64,000 bases of DNA from Bdellovibrionales bacterium. GTDB taxonomy: Bacteria; Bdellovibrionota; Bdellovibrionia; Bdellovibrionales; JAUICD01. Position 1 is the first letter of the stretch; each line of letters begins with the position of its first letter. The stretch spans positions 1,065,169-1,129,168 of the forward strand of contig OZ253553.1 of NCBI GenBank assembly GCA_965262715.1, given 5' to 3'. This document shows, one piece after another, positions 36,503 to 46,909 of this stretch. The notes under the pieces were generated by a model. That model did no database searches. It was not told the origin of the DNA and saw nothing but the letters and a program-made list of their open reading frames with translations. The position numbers and the translations under genes were made by a program.

Positions 36503-38305
36503 ATGCAGGTTCAAAATATTCGTAATTTTTCTATTATTGCCCATATTGATCATGGCAAGTCAACTCTTGCAGATGCACTTTTGAACTTTACAAAATCCAT
36601 TTCTGACAGGGATAAAAAAAGCCAATTTTTAGATAACATGGATTTAGAAAGGGAACGTGGAATCACCATCAAGGCTCAAGCAGTATGCCTGAAGTACAAA
36701 TCTCTCCACAGTGGAAAAGAGTACCAATTCAACCTGATAGATACACCAGGTCACGTGGACTTTTCTTACGAAGTATCCCGATCTCTAGCAGCTTGTGAAG
36801 GGGCACTGCTGGTTGTAGATGCCGCGCAAGGTGTTGAAGCGCAAACCTTAGCCACTGTCTATCAAGCGTTAGACAACGACTTAGCACTTATCCCTATTTT
36901 AAATAAAATTGACCTACCTTCTGCCAACCCTGATGATGTGATCTTCCAAATTGAAAATACTATTGGCATCGATGCTACCGATGCTATTTTCGCCAGTGCA
37001 AAAAACAACACAGGGATTGATAAAATATTAGAAGCTATTGTCGCAAAAATCCCTGCTCCTACTGGTAGTAAAAAAGAACCCTTAAAAGCATTAGTTTTTG
37101 ATTCATGGTTCGACTCTTATCAAGGAGTGGTCGTTTTATGCCGCATTTTTGATGGATACCTTAAAGTAGGAGACAAAATCCGTTTTATGGCCTCATCAGT
37201 TGATTATGAAGTTTTAAAGTTAGGGGTTAATGCCCCCTTTCCTGTTGAAAGACAAATGCTATCTGTTGGTGAAGTGGGTTTTGTCATTTGCGGCATTAAA
37301 AATATCAGAGATGTTCGCGTTGGTGAAACCCTCACCTCAGCTAAAAATCCAACTCCTAAGCCTCTCTCTGGTTTTAAGAAAGTTAAACCTATGATCTTTT
37401 CTGGTATTTTTCCTATTGATTCCACTCATTACCAAAAGTTAAGAGATAGCTTGGAAAAACTATGCCTTAATGATTCTTCTTTGAGCTTTGAACCAGAAAG
37501 CTCTACTGCATTAGGACTAGGCTTTCGCTGTGGCTTTCTAGGTTTACTACATCTAGAAATCGTACAAGAACGTCTTGAAAGAGAATTTAATTTAGAATTG
37601 ATCACCACAGCACCAAGTGTTGTCTACCATGTTTACAAAACAAATGGTCAAATGATACGTCTAGAGAAACCTTCAGATCTTCCAGAAAGAAGTCATATTG
37701 ATCGTATAAAAGAGCCTTTTTTAAAAATCACTATTCATACACCTTCAGATTATTTAGGTGGTATTTTAAAGCTTTGTGAAGAACGTAGAGGCAAACAAGA
37801 AAAGCTTGAATTTATCACTCAAGGTAAAGTTATTGTTGAGTATAAACTGCCCATGAATGAAATGGTCTTAGACTTCTATGATAAACTTAAATCTATTTCT
37901 AAAGGATATGCCTCCATGGATTATGAAGTGATAGGATTTGAGGATTCCGATTTGGTCCGATTAGATATTTTATTAAATGGAGACCCAGTAGATGCCTTAT
38001 CTTTGATCATCCATAAAAATAACTCCTACCATCGTGGACGAGCTCTTACAAAAAAAATGAAGGAACTTATCCCCAAACAGCAATTTCAAGTTGCTATTCA
38101 AGCTGCTATTGGAGCTAAAGTGATTGCTAGGGAAACTATCAGTGCTATGAGAAAAGATGTGACTGCAAAATGCTATGGAGGAGATATAACTAGAAAGCGA
38201 AAACTTTTAGAAAAACAAAAAGCAGGTAAAAAGCGCATGAAACAAATTGGAAGTGTGGAAGTTCCACAATCTGCTTTTTTAGCTATACTCAAAATAGACT
38301 CTTAA
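36503..38305 (+). CDS. lepA: elongation factor 4
   Basis: 600-aa ORF; [29 protein letters not shown], and the LepA-specific C-terminal domain (...[22 protein letters not shown]). Confidence 0.97.
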   Translation: MQVQNIRNFSIIAHIDHGKSTLADALLNFTKSISDRDKKSQFLDNMDLERERGITIKAQAVCLKYKSLHSGKEYQFNLIDTPGHVDFSYEVSRSLAACEGALLVVDAAQGVEAQTLATVYQALDNDLALIPILNKIDLPSANPDDVIFQIENTIGIDATDAIFASAKNNTGIDKILEAIVAKIPAPTGSKKEPLKALVFDSWFDSYQGVVVLCRIFDGYLKVGDKIRFMASSVDYEVLKLGVNAPFPVERQMLSVGEVGFVICGIKNIRDVRVGETLTSAKNPTPKPLSGFKKVKPMIFSGIFPIDSTHYQKLRDSLEKLCLNDSSLSFEPESSTALGLGFRCGFLGLLHLEIVQERLEREFNLELITTAPSVVYHVYKTNGQMIRLEKPSDLPERSHIDRIKEPFLKITIHTPSDYLGGILKLCEERRGKQEKLEFITQGKVIVEYKLPMNEMVLDFYDKLKSISKGYASMDYEVIGFEDSDLVRLDILLNGDPVDALSLIIHKNNSYHRGRALTKKMKELIPKQQFQVAIQAAIGAKVIARETISAMRKDVTAKCYGGDITRKRKLLEKQKAGKKRMKQIGSVEVPQSAFLAILKIDS

Positions 38306-38366
38306 CAGCAAAACATTGATATTTAACTCAGTAATGAATATCCTATTAATAATTCTATTAATAAAC

Positions 38367-38443
<77 letters not shown>

Positions 38444-38604
38444 TCTTCTTGTTTCCCTAACATGTTATAAAAAAACGAAAAGATCCTCCTTACTAAAATG
38501 CATCAGGCTTTCTAGGCTTTGCCCTATTTGCCAAACGGCGTAAGCCAGTTTGGGGGCAATGCCAGAAAGTCACCAGAGGTGAGATGCATTTTAGTGAAAT
38601 AAGC

Positions 38605-38670
<66 letters not shown>

Positions 38671-38831
38671 TCTTCTTGTTTCCCTAACATGTTATAAAAA
38701 AACGAAAAGATCCTCCTTACTAAAATGCATCAGGCTTTCTAGGCTTTGCCCTATTTGCCAAACGGCGTAAGCCAGTTTGGGGGCAATGCCAGAAAGTCAC
38801 CAGAGGTGAGATGCATTTTAGTGAAATAAGC

Positions 38832-38896
38832 CAATTGGATAGAGCATCTGCCTTCTAAGCAGGAGGTTCCAGGTTCAAGTCCTGGTCGAACCGCCA
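38832..38896 (+). pseudogene. partial tRNA-Arg copy (D-loop to CCA)
   Basis: Same extent as 38605..38670 but with the GTTCCAGG T-stem and two substitutions (GAGCATCTGCC, GCAGGAGG). Confidence 0.85.
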
Positions 38897-39063
38897 TCTA
38901 TGAGAAAAAAATTTCCCTAACATGTTATAAAAAAACGAAAAGATCCTCCTTACTCAAAATAAACAGATTTTCTAGGCAATGACCTATTTGCTGAGGGCAT
39001 TAGCCGTCAGGGTCAGTGCCAGAAAACAGCCAGAGGCTGGTTTATTTTGAGTGAAATACAATC

Positions 39064-39096
39064 GGCTTGCAGGTTCAAGTCCTGGTCGAACCGCCA
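39064..39096 (+). pseudogene. partial tRNA-Arg copy (T-arm + 3' acceptor only), T-stem variant
   Basis: GGCTTGCAGGTTCAAGTCCTGGTCGAACCGCCA. Confidence 0.8.
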
Positions 39097-39334
39097 TCTA
39101 TGTTAGAAAAAAATTTCCCTAACATGTTATAAAAAAACGAGAGGTATCTCCTTACTCAAAATAAACGGATTTTCTAGGTAATGACCTAATTGCTGACGGT
39201 AAAAGCCGTCAGGGTCATTACCAGAAAGTGGCCAGAGGCCATCTCAAAAGTCTTAAATTGTTATAAATAACTGTGCTACAAGAGACTTCGGTAACACTTT
39301 CTTCAAGGCAAGAGAAGATATAATTCTATTTTTG

Positions 39335-39415
39335 GCTTCCAGAAAGCAGGCAAACTAACAATTCCCAAAAACTTCTTTGCCGGAATCCCTGACTGCTAAA
39401 ATCCTGGGTAAATAA
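39335..39415 (+). repeat. GC-rich dispersed intergenic repeat, copy E
   Basis: ...TTCCAGAAAGCAGGCAAAC...TTCCCAAAAACTTCTTTGCCGGAATCCCTGACTGCTAAAATCCTGGGTAAATAAAAA. Confidence 0.5.
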
Positions 39416-39421
39416 AAATAA

Positions 39422-39853
39422 TCAATCCACCGGAACGGCATCTAAGAAAAGTGCCTTACTTAACACAGTAAAGAAATTCTGATAATGTACAGGGTCTTTC
39501 ACAGCTCTCTGTCTATGCTCTGCGTTCATTCGTACAAGGGTTCTCTTACCTCTCGATCTGACAGTAATAGTCACAGTTAATCGAGTGCCAGAAAATAACT
39601 TAGTGGCAGTGATCATCCCTATAGATTTATCAGCCTTGTCAATAACAAAGTCCAAGTCCTGAAGAGAAGCCAGTGATGACCTAATCACTTTATCTGTATC
39701 CTGGGTATCGTAAGCTCTAGACTGTATATTTCTCAACTGCACCTGACTCTGCTCCGCAGAAAGCAACTCGTTCTGGGATGTTGAAGCGCATCCAGTGAAT
39801 ATAAAAGGTAAAACAATAACACCAAACACTAAATATAAATTTTGCTTTTTCAT
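39422..39853 (-). CDS. lipoprotein (paralogue of 39850..40407)
   Basis: 143-aa ORF; lipobox IFTGC; shared segment SLASLQDLDFVIDKADKSIGMITA vs VIGVLQDLEFNIDEGDSDLGVFVG. Confidence 0.7.
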   Translation of the reverse strand: MKKQNLYLVFGVIVLPFIFTGCASTSQNELLSAEQSQVQLRNIQSRAYDTQDTDKVIRSSLASLQDLDFVIDKADKSIGMITATKLFSGTRLTVTITVRSRGKRTLVRMNAEHRQRAVKDPVHYQNFFTVLSKALFLDAVPVD

Positions 39854-40407
39854 AAATTCGCCTTATCTAAAAATAATGATTTTGATAACCTAGAAAAAAA
39901 ATCTCTAAAAAATTCAGGACTATCAAGGCTTTCTGCTCGACTTACCTGATTTAAATTGTTCCAAACGATCCTTTGAAAATTGGTCCTCACTAAATAATCT
40001 CCAGTAGAATTCTGACTGTTTGTCTTACCGATAGGATAAATAATAATGGATATACGAAATCTCTGGGATTTCTCTACCACAGCCCGATCATTGCCTCCAA
40101 GAATTTGTAGAAAAAATGAAAGCTGCTGTTTGCTATCAAAAGCAGAACGCGCTTTAGACCCTACAAACACCCCTAAATCTGAATCCCCTTCATCAATGTT
40201 AAATTCTAAATCCTGCAAAACCCCTATCACTGAAGACATCAATTGTTTTCTTTGAACCTTTTCAAAACGCTGGCTTTGAATAGCTCGTTTTTTAAGGGTT
40301 TCCTCGTTAACAACAAAGGCATTCGGATCTAAATGCTGTGCAAAACATCCAGTCATTAAAATCGTTAGAATAAGTAAAGATATAATACGTAAAGAATTTC
40401 TACCCAT
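39850..40407 (-). CDS. lipoprotein (paralogue of 39422..39853)
   Basis: 185-aa ORF; lipobox LMTGC; 4-bp overlap with the downstream gene. Confidence 0.7.
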   Translation of the reverse strand: MGRNSLRIISLLILTILMTGCFAQHLDPNAFVVNEETLKKRAIQSQRFEKVQRKQLMSSVIGVLQDLEFNIDEGDSDLGVFVGSKARSAFDSKQQLSFFLQILGGNDRAVVEKSQRFRISIIIYPIGKTNSQNSTGDYLVRTNFQRIVWNNLNQVSRAESLDSPEFFRDFFSRLSKSLFLDKANL

Positions 40408-40446
40408 AATTTAAGAACTTTCTAAATTCCTTATTTATTGACTTAT

Positions 40447-40821
40447 TTAAAATCGAGATGTGTGATATTTAAAATCTTTAACCTTCTTGTTTTCATCAAA
40501 GTTAATAATGACAGTTAAGGTCCTTTGCTGAGAAGTTCTTCTTTTATTGCTACCACCAATTAAAATAAGAGTCCCATAAGTACTAGATGTAGATACTGAA
40601 CTACTTATTTTATCATATATCCATACTTCATTGCCATCATCATCAGTGCTAACAATATTGGGTGATCCTAAAGCATTTGCAACCTCTGCCCCGCTCATTC
40701 CATTTCTAATTTCTTTCTGTACAGTCCCTACTGTGAGATTGTTACTCTCCTCCATTCCATGTGTACATCCTAACAAAGAAAATAAAAATAACGTCATAGT
40801 CAATATTTTGAAGTGCCTCAT
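40447..40821 (-). CDS. BamE/SmpA-OmlA-like lipoprotein
   Basis: 124-aa ORF; lipobox LLGC; LTVGTVQKEIRNGMSGAEVANALGSPN....GNEVWIYD resembles the SmpA_OmlA fold signature. Confidence 0.6.
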   Translation of the reverse strand: MRHFKILTMTLFLFSLLGCTHGMEESNNLTVGTVQKEIRNGMSGAEVANALGSPNIVSTDDDGNEVWIYDKISSSVSTSSTYGTLILIGGSNKRRTSQQRTLTVIINFDENKKVKDFKYHTSRF

Positions 40822-41118
40822 TTTTACCCTTCCTTTTTTATTATTTTGGTTCTTTATTTTACCTTTATACCTTTGAGTAACTCAAGTATGTATAATTTTA
40901 TTTTTACATATCCATAAAGTCAATCAAATACAAATAAAAGTTACTGACTCTCATTTTATCATAATCTTTGAACTTTTTTTATCATTAGAGATATAATTTT
41001 TACAAAATAGCACATATTTTCATGTTATTTTTACAATAACACCCACAAGCCCTTACTTTTATTTGTTTTTTATGGTAAAAACAAAACTCCCTATATTTAA
41101 ATTTAAAAGGAAAGTATT

Positions 41119-42105
41119 ATGAGATGTTTTTTATTCCTATTGTTATCTATCCATTTGTGCTCCACCGTTTATGGACAAGAAGCAATTACAACATCTTGTG
41201 ATGAATATCCAAGTCTTCGTGAAGAATTTTCAGAAAGTTTGGAAGAATTTAGGACTCGTTTTGATGAACTAAATGATGAACAAAAAAATAATCATATCAA
41301 TGTTTTTGCCTCCATATTATGGTATTGTTCTGATGCCCAAGAATTCAATAGCATTTTATTAGATACATTGGATATCTACTCCACAGAACCCCGTATAAGA
41401 GTATATATACTCAGATTTCTAGAGGCTCTTTCATCTAACTATAAAGAAATAGAAACCTATAATGAAGACAACAATTGGGCAAATCGAGCGACTAATGCAT
41501 CATGGAAACTACTTCTCGTCTATGGAGTATTTAAAATAGCCTTCAGATCGCGATTTGGCTTTTTGGCAAATGTATCGAAATTAAGAGAGTTTATATTTAT
41601 TGGAAGCTCTTCTGTGGCTACAGGAGCTGTTTATGAATGGGCTGAAGAAGACCTAAGTGTGAAGTTTGATCCTTCTGTATTAAGTGCTTCTCTTATTGCA
41701 ATGGAAATGCACGACTTGCAGAATTCCTCTTGCGAGCTTGAAGAAGAGCTTAAAACAACTGATATACCTAGCAAAGAAAGCTTTGACGAGCTAGCATTAA
41801 CACATAAAAGTTTAAGAGATACCTATGCAATGCTTGCAGAAGAAAGGCCTGGCTTTTCTCCCACGCAAAACCTTGATCTCCCCCCTGAAGTAGAAGAAGA
41901 GATTTATGCAGAGTTTTATCATCGATTTATCCAAAATACATGGAAACCAGCTGACCCAGACCAGGAATGTCTGAATAGAGATCGTACTATCAGCTTGGAT
42001 ATGACTAGATGTTACTTAGAAGAAAGCGCAAGAATGTTAAATAATAGTTTTTTTAGCACTGAACCTATACGGTTTGGCTCTGGGTTTGCCTCTTGCCTTA
42101 GATAA
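41119..42105 (+). CDS. secreted hypothetical protein
   Basis: 328-aa ORF with an N-terminal signal-like segment LFLLLSIHLCSTVYGQ; no recognised domain. Confidence 0.6.
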   Translation: MRCFLFLLLSIHLCSTVYGQEAITTSCDEYPSLREEFSESLEEFRTRFDELNDEQKNNHINVFASILWYCSDAQEFNSILLDTLDIYSTEPRIRVYILRFLEALSSNYKEIETYNEDNNWANRATNASWKLLLVYGVFKIAFRSRFGFLANVSKLREFIFIGSSSVATGAVYEWAEEDLSVKFDPSVLSASLIAMEMHDLQNSSCELEEELKTTDIPSKESFDELALTHKSLRDTYAMLAEERPGFSPTQNLDLPPEVEEEIYAEFYHRFIQNTWKPADPDQECLNRDRTISLDMTRCYLEESARMLNNSFFSTEPIRFGSGFASCLR

Positions 42106-42146
42106 GTATTTTAAGTTAATAAGTGATTTGATACCAGTTAGTTATT

Positions 42147-43055
42147 TCATGGTTTGAACTTATAACTGACTGAAATAGGGTATTTTGTTCTATACCAAAG
42201 CAAAGACAAACCAATGATAACCATAAAACTACAAAGTATTTGTCCCATGCTAAAGTATTCTGCAAAAAACCCTAATTGAGTATCTGGTTGACGGAAAAAT
42301 TCAACTATAAATCTTGTCACTCCATAAAAAATCAAATACCCCCCAAGTAATACCCCAGACCTCGACCACTCAGCTATAACAGGTTTGATTTTTTTCTTCT
42401 TCCCTTTTGTTTGCTTATCTATATCCAACATGAGTTTTTTATAACCTGGAGCATGACCTTTTCTCATCTCCCATTTTTCCAACACGATTAACAAGATCAA
42501 GACAGAAAGTCCTTCGCCTAATGCTTGATAAAGTTGAGATGGATGTCTTGGCTCTGTGCCTGCTGTAGGAAAAATTACAGCCCATGGCACATCAGTGATA
42601 CGACCTGCTAATTCCCCATTAATAAAATTACCTATTCTACCAAATATCACCCCTAATGCCGATCCAAAAACAACATTGTCTGCAATATGAAAGAAACTAA
42701 TCCGATACTGCTTTGCCATAAGAAGACAAGCTGCCATAAAACCAATTGCAGCTCCATGATAAGAAAGACCACCCTTCCAAATGGCAATAATATCTCCAGG
42801 GTTATTAAGATAGTTCCAAGGGTCGTAAACAATAACATAAGTGAGCCTCGCGCCAACAATCATGAATAACATAAGATAAGTGATAAGAATTTGAATTTCT
42901 TCTGGATCAAATGCAAATAGGCCTTTTTTCCATCGATAACAAAGAAGCAAATAACCTAAAGAAAAGCCTACAAGGTACATCATTCCATACCAGTGAAAAC
43001 TTAAAGGACCCATTGAAAAGAAAACAGGATCTAGATTATGAGTCCAATAAGACAT
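42147..43055 (-). CDS. lgt: prolipoprotein diacylglyceryl transferase
   Basis: 302-aa ORF; HWYGMMY, GARLTYV, FGRIGNFINGELAGR, EPRHPSQLYQA motifs. Confidence 0.93.
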   Translation of the reverse strand: MSYWTHNLDPVFFSMGPLSFHWYGMMYLVGFSLGYLLLCYRWKKGLFAFDPEEIQILITYLMLFMIVGARLTYVIVYDPWNYLNNPGDIIAIWKGGLSYHGAAIGFMAACLLMAKQYRISFFHIADNVVFGSALGVIFGRIGNFINGELAGRITDVPWAVIFPTAGTEPRHPSQLYQALGEGLSVLILLIVLEKWEMRKGHAPGYKKLMLDIDKQTKGKKKKIKPVIAEWSRSGVLLGGYLIFYGVTRFIVEFFRQPDTQLGFFAEYFSMGQILCSFMVIIGLSLLWYRTKYPISVSYKFKP

Positions 43056-43058
43056 AGC

Positions 43059-43547
43059 TTAACCTTTAAGTTCTTCTCTGGTATCTTTAATGATCAATAA
43101 AATAAAAATCATAATGCCAGTCACAATACAAATATCTGCAACATTAAAAGCAGGCCATGTGTAGTAGTTCTTAAAATGAAAGTCTAAAAAGTCAATCACA
43201 TGCTGAAATCGAATGCGATCAATGTAGTTTCCAATGGCTCCACCAAAAATCAAAGAAAGCGCAATAATCTGTACCTTATCATCATTAGCCACTTTATTAA
43301 GTATAATAAGAATAATAATCATTGCAATTGGAGGAAGAATTAAAAAGAATGTTTCTCTAAAAACAGGATTTGCCTCTGCTAAAAAACCAAAAGCAGCTCC
43401 TGGGTTTCTGACAGATGTGATATTAAAAAAATCCTGAATTATAGTGACACTCTCGCCTAATCGAAAATATGTATAAATATACATCTTACTAAGTTGATCT
43501 AAAGCAATAATAGCTCCAGAAATAGAAATTAAAATAAAATACTTCAT
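43059..43547 (-). CDS. lspA: lipoprotein signal peptidase (signal peptidase II)
   Basis: 162-aa ORF; DQLSK, NPGAAFGF, GGAIGNYIDR, VIDFLDF, FNVAD motifs; classic ileS-lspA linkage. Confidence 0.93.
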   Translation of the reverse strand: MKYFILISISGAIIALDQLSKMYIYTYFRLGESVTIIQDFFNITSVRNPGAAFGFLAEANPVFRETFFLILPPIAMIIILIILNKVANDDKVQIIALSLIFGGAIGNYIDRIRFQHVIDFLDFHFKNYYTWPAFNVADICIVTGIMIFILLIIKDTREELKG

Positions 43548-46450
43548 CGCACAACCTCAGCACATCTAAGACAAATATCTGGCAGCAATTGACCTACTTC
43601 AGCACTAAAACGCCAACAACGAACACACTTATTGCCATCTGCTTTCGAAACCATAACTTCTAGCTCCTCCAAGTCCTTCTCTAACAAAGCAAAAGATAAA
43701 TCCTTAGGAGAATTCACTTGTTTAGATTCTGTCTGTTGGAATTCTGTCTCTTTAGATTCATTACCAGCTAAAATCACTCCAGATACAATAAAAAAATCTA
43801 AAAGTTCATCTTTTATTGATGTTAAAAATTGAAAAAGTAAAGTTTTCCTATTGACATATAAACACACTTTTACCTCTAAGCTAGATCGAATTTGCTTTTC
43901 ATTTCTTAACTCTTCTATTCTTTTACTAACTTTTTTTCTGATGGCAAGAAGTACTTTATATTTTTCCTCTAAGTCGTTCCTATTCCATTCTGGTTGAAGC
44001 TTTGGAAATGGCATTAAAAATACACTCTCTTTATCTTTTTTTCTTATTAAAAAGTCATAAACCTCTTCAGATAAAAAAGACAGTATAGGAGCCATTAACC
44101 TCATTAAGGTGTGCGTTAATTGGAATAAAGCAGTTTGAGCAGATCGCCTTTCTAAACTATTGATTTTATTGACATATAACCGGTCCTTAATAACATCTAA
44201 ATACAAAGAAGACATCTCGACATTAAAAAAATTATTTAAAAGGTGATAAATTTTATAAAAACAATAATCTTCATAAGCTTTTGTAGTTTCTCTGACTAAA
44301 TCATTAAGTTTATGCAAAATCCATTGATCTAAACTTTTAAGCTGATCATAAGGCAATTGATTTTGCACAGGATCATCTAAAAAATCATTGAGGTTTCCTA
44401 ACATGAATCTCATTGTATTGCGCAAACGCCGGTAAGTTTCTGTAAGCCGAGCGAAAGATTCTGGACTACACCCAATATCTTGAGTGTAATCCTCATGCAC
44501 TGCCCAAAGCCTTAAAATTTCTGCTCCTTTTTCTTTAATAATATCTTGAGGATCAACAATATTGCCTTGACTCTTGCTCATCTTAATACCCTTAGCAAAC
44601 ATAACAAAGCCATGAGTCAGTACATTCTTAAAAGGAGCTTGTTTTTCTACAGCAACAGAGGTGAGCAGACTTGTGTGAAACCAACCACGATGCTGATCGC
44701 TACCTTCTAAATAAAGATCAGCAGGAAAAGTCATGTCAGGATGTTTCTTTTGAACAGAAGCCCAACAAACACCACTATCAAACCAAACATCCAAAATATC
44801 ATCACTCTTACGAAAAGAGCTTTGTCCACATTGAGAACATTTCACATCACCTGATAAAAATTCAGAGATAGGCTTGGACCAATAGGTTTCTATACCCTCT
44901 CCTTCTTCTATTGCATCTGCTATTTTATTCATGGATTCTTTTGTATAGTATATATGCGAACAATTATTACAATAAAATATAGGAAGAGGCACTCCCCAAA
45001 GCCTCTGACGTGAAAGACACCAATCAGGACGATCAGCAATCATAGAAGAGATACGCTTTTCTCCCCAATCAGGAAACCAACGTACATTTTTAATAGCATC
45101 TAATGCCATTTTACGTATAGGATGACTTGCATGATCCATAGCAATAAACCATTGCTGTGTAGTACGAAAAATCAACGGCGTTTTACTTCTCCAACAATGA
45201 GGGTAGCTATGTTGAAGCTCTTGATGATGAACTAAATGACCTGATTGTCTAAATTGCTCTATCAATCGAAAATTCGCATCAAAAATACTGACACCTTTAT
45301 ATTCAGGAATCTGATCAGTGTATTTGCCAAATTCATCTACAGGGCTAAATATCTCTAGATTGTATTTTTTCCCCAATAGGAAATCGTCCTCTCCGTGGCC
45401 AGGAGCTATGTGAACAACCCCCGTACCTGCCTCTGTGGTCACATGACGAGATAAAATAATAGGAGATATCTGCTCTAAATACATAACATGATATGTAGTT
45501 ATTCCCTCTAATTGCTGACCTTTAAAAGGCCCTGAAATAAATTTGAGTTTCTTACCTGTTGTATTTTCAAAAGAAGATTTTAAACTGTCAGCAATGACAA
45601 TGTACTCTTGATCAAGCTGATAAACACTATAATCTAACTGTGGATGAACAGCATGCGCTCTGTTAGCAGGAATTGTCCATGGTGTTGTTGTCCAAATCAC
45701 AAAAGCCACTTTTGTAGAAGGCTTGAGGTTGACTTGCAATCTATCCATACCCTCTTTTATATAAAACTTAAGGTAAATAGCAGGACTTTTGTGCTGGCGA
45801 TATTCAATTTCAGCCTCTGCTAAAGCCGTTTGTAAGGCACAACACCAATGCACTGCTTTTGTATCTTGATATAAAACCCCCGTCTTAATAAGTTTTGCTA
45901 GTGTACGTATTTCTTCAGCTTCATACTCCTTCTCAAGAGTCAGGTAAGGATTTTCCCAATCAGCTAAAATACCAAAGCGGATAAACTGTTCTGTTTGTTT
46001 TTGTATCCACTTTTTAGCCTCTTTACGACAAAGCTCACGGATATATTTATGTTGCTCTAATTCATTTTTTGAATGATGAGTGAATTCACCCTTCTGACTT
46101 TCAAGCCTCTTATTGATGATGTGCTCAATAGGAAGACCATGACAGTCCCAACCAGGAACAAATAAAGCCTTATAACCATTCATACTTTTAAATTTGACAA
46201 TAACATCCTTAAGTACTTTATTTAAAACATGTCCCATGTGAAGGTTACCATTAGCATAAGGAGGGCCATCAGTTAGACAAAATGAAGGGCAGTTTTTATT
46301 TTGTTCTAATTGTTTGATGTGAATATCTATATTCTGCCATTTTTGGATAAAATCCAATTCTCGTAATGCAAGATTAGCCTTCATCGGAAAATCTGTTTGA
46401 GGAAAATTTAAAGTGTGCTTATAGCTGTTTTTTGTGACTGATGAACTCAC
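43544..46450 (-). CDS. ileS: isoleucine--tRNA ligase
   Basis: 968-aa ORF; PYANGNLHMGH (HIGH), KMSKSQGN (KMSKS), C-terminal Zn-finger CVRCW...CLRC. Confidence 0.97.
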   Translation of the reverse strand: MSSSVTKNSYKHTLNFPQTDFPMKANLALRELDFIQKWQNIDIHIKQLEQNKNCPSFCLTDGPPYANGNLHMGHVLNKVLKDVIVKFKSMNGYKALFVPGWDCHGLPIEHIINKRLESQKGEFTHHSKNELEQHKYIRELCRKEAKKWIQKQTEQFIRFGILADWENPYLTLEKEYEAEEIRTLAKLIKTGVLYQDTKAVHWCCALQTALAEAEIEYRQHKSPAIYLKFYIKEGMDRLQVNLKPSTKVAFVIWTTTPWTIPANRAHAVHPQLDYSVYQLDQEYIVIADSLKSSFENTTGKKLKFISGPFKGQQLEGITTYHVMYLEQISPIILSRHVTTEAGTGVVHIAPGHGEDDFLLGKKYNLEIFSPVDEFGKYTDQIPEYKGVSIFDANFRLIEQFRQSGHLVHHQELQHSYPHCWRSKTPLIFRTTQQWFIAMDHASHPIRKMALDAIKNVRWFPDWGEKRISSMIADRPDWCLSRQRLWGVPLPIFYCNNCSHIYYTKESMNKIADAIEEGEGIETYWSKPISEFLSGDVKCSQCGQSSFRKSDDILDVWFDSGVCWASVQKKHPDMTFPADLYLEGSDQHRGWFHTSLLTSVAVEKQAPFKNVLTHGFVMFAKGIKMSKSQGNIVDPQDIIKEKGAEILRLWAVHEDYTQDIGCSPESFARLTETYRRLRNTMRFMLGNLNDFLDDPVQNQLPYDQLKSLDQWILHKLNDLVRETTKAYEDYCFYKIYHLLNNFFNVEMSSLYLDVIKDRLYVNKINSLERRSAQTALFQLTHTLMRLMAPILSFLSEEVYDFLIRKKDKESVFLMPFPKLQPEWNRNDLEEKYKVLLAIRKKVSKRIEELRNEKQIRSSLEVKVCLYVNRKTLLFQFLTSIKDELLDFFIVSGVILAGNESKETEFQQTESKQVNSPKDLSFALLEKDLEELEVMVSKADGNKCVRCWRFSAEVGQLLPDICLRCAEVVR

Positions 46451-46617
46451 AGAATCTCCCCTTTCTCAAGCTCTCTCAAAATAATAGAAAATATTTTTTT
46501 TTTGTTTTTTAAAGTTTTTCCCCGCTCAACTTATTATGAACTATTTTCAACTATTAAGTTAAACTCTACAAAAGTCAATAGGAGCGAGGAGATACTGTAT
46601 CCCTAAGAATCAACCAA

Positions 46618-46770
46618 CCTCTCAAGGCAAACCTCTTGAGGCGAGCCTCTCAAGGCAAACCTCTTGAGGCGAGCCTCTCAAGGCAAACCTCTCGAGGCGA
46701 GCCTCTGACCACTTTCTGAGATCATCTTACGCTGTCTGGCAAATAGGACTATGTCTAGGGGCTGTTGCTA
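46618..46770 (-). repeat. three tandem 28-bp units (CCTCTCAAGGCAAACCTCTTGAGGCGAG) abutting a degenerate minus-strand copy (E6) of the multi-helix element
   Basis: Units at 46618-46645, 46646-46673 and 46674-46701. Reverse complement of 46702-46760 reads CCTAGACATAGTCCTATTTGCCAGACAGCGTAAGATGATCTCAGAAAGTGGTCAGAGG; compare CTAGGCTTTGCCCTATTTGCCAAACGGCGTAAGCC...CCAGAAAGTCACCAGAGG in the array. Confidence 0.6.
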
Positions 46771-46909
46771 TTTCAAGATAAGATATTGAAGTTAAGCTAT
46801 ATTTTATTAAAAGCGATCTGTATATGTTATTAGTAACCTTAAATGAGGAAAATTTTTTACTTATAACAATTTAGGGTTTTTAAGATAACTTCTAAAAAGA
46901 AAATAAAGT

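Noticed and set aside
46451-46617. T-box or other riboswitch leader upstream of ileS
   Set aside because: I could not identify a specifier or T-box motif or any conserved riboswitch core by eye. Only the repeat block further upstream is notable.
46618-46701. 28-bp tandem repeats considered as a mini-CRISPR
   Set aside because: The units are directly adjacent with no spacers, so this is a simple tandem repeat.
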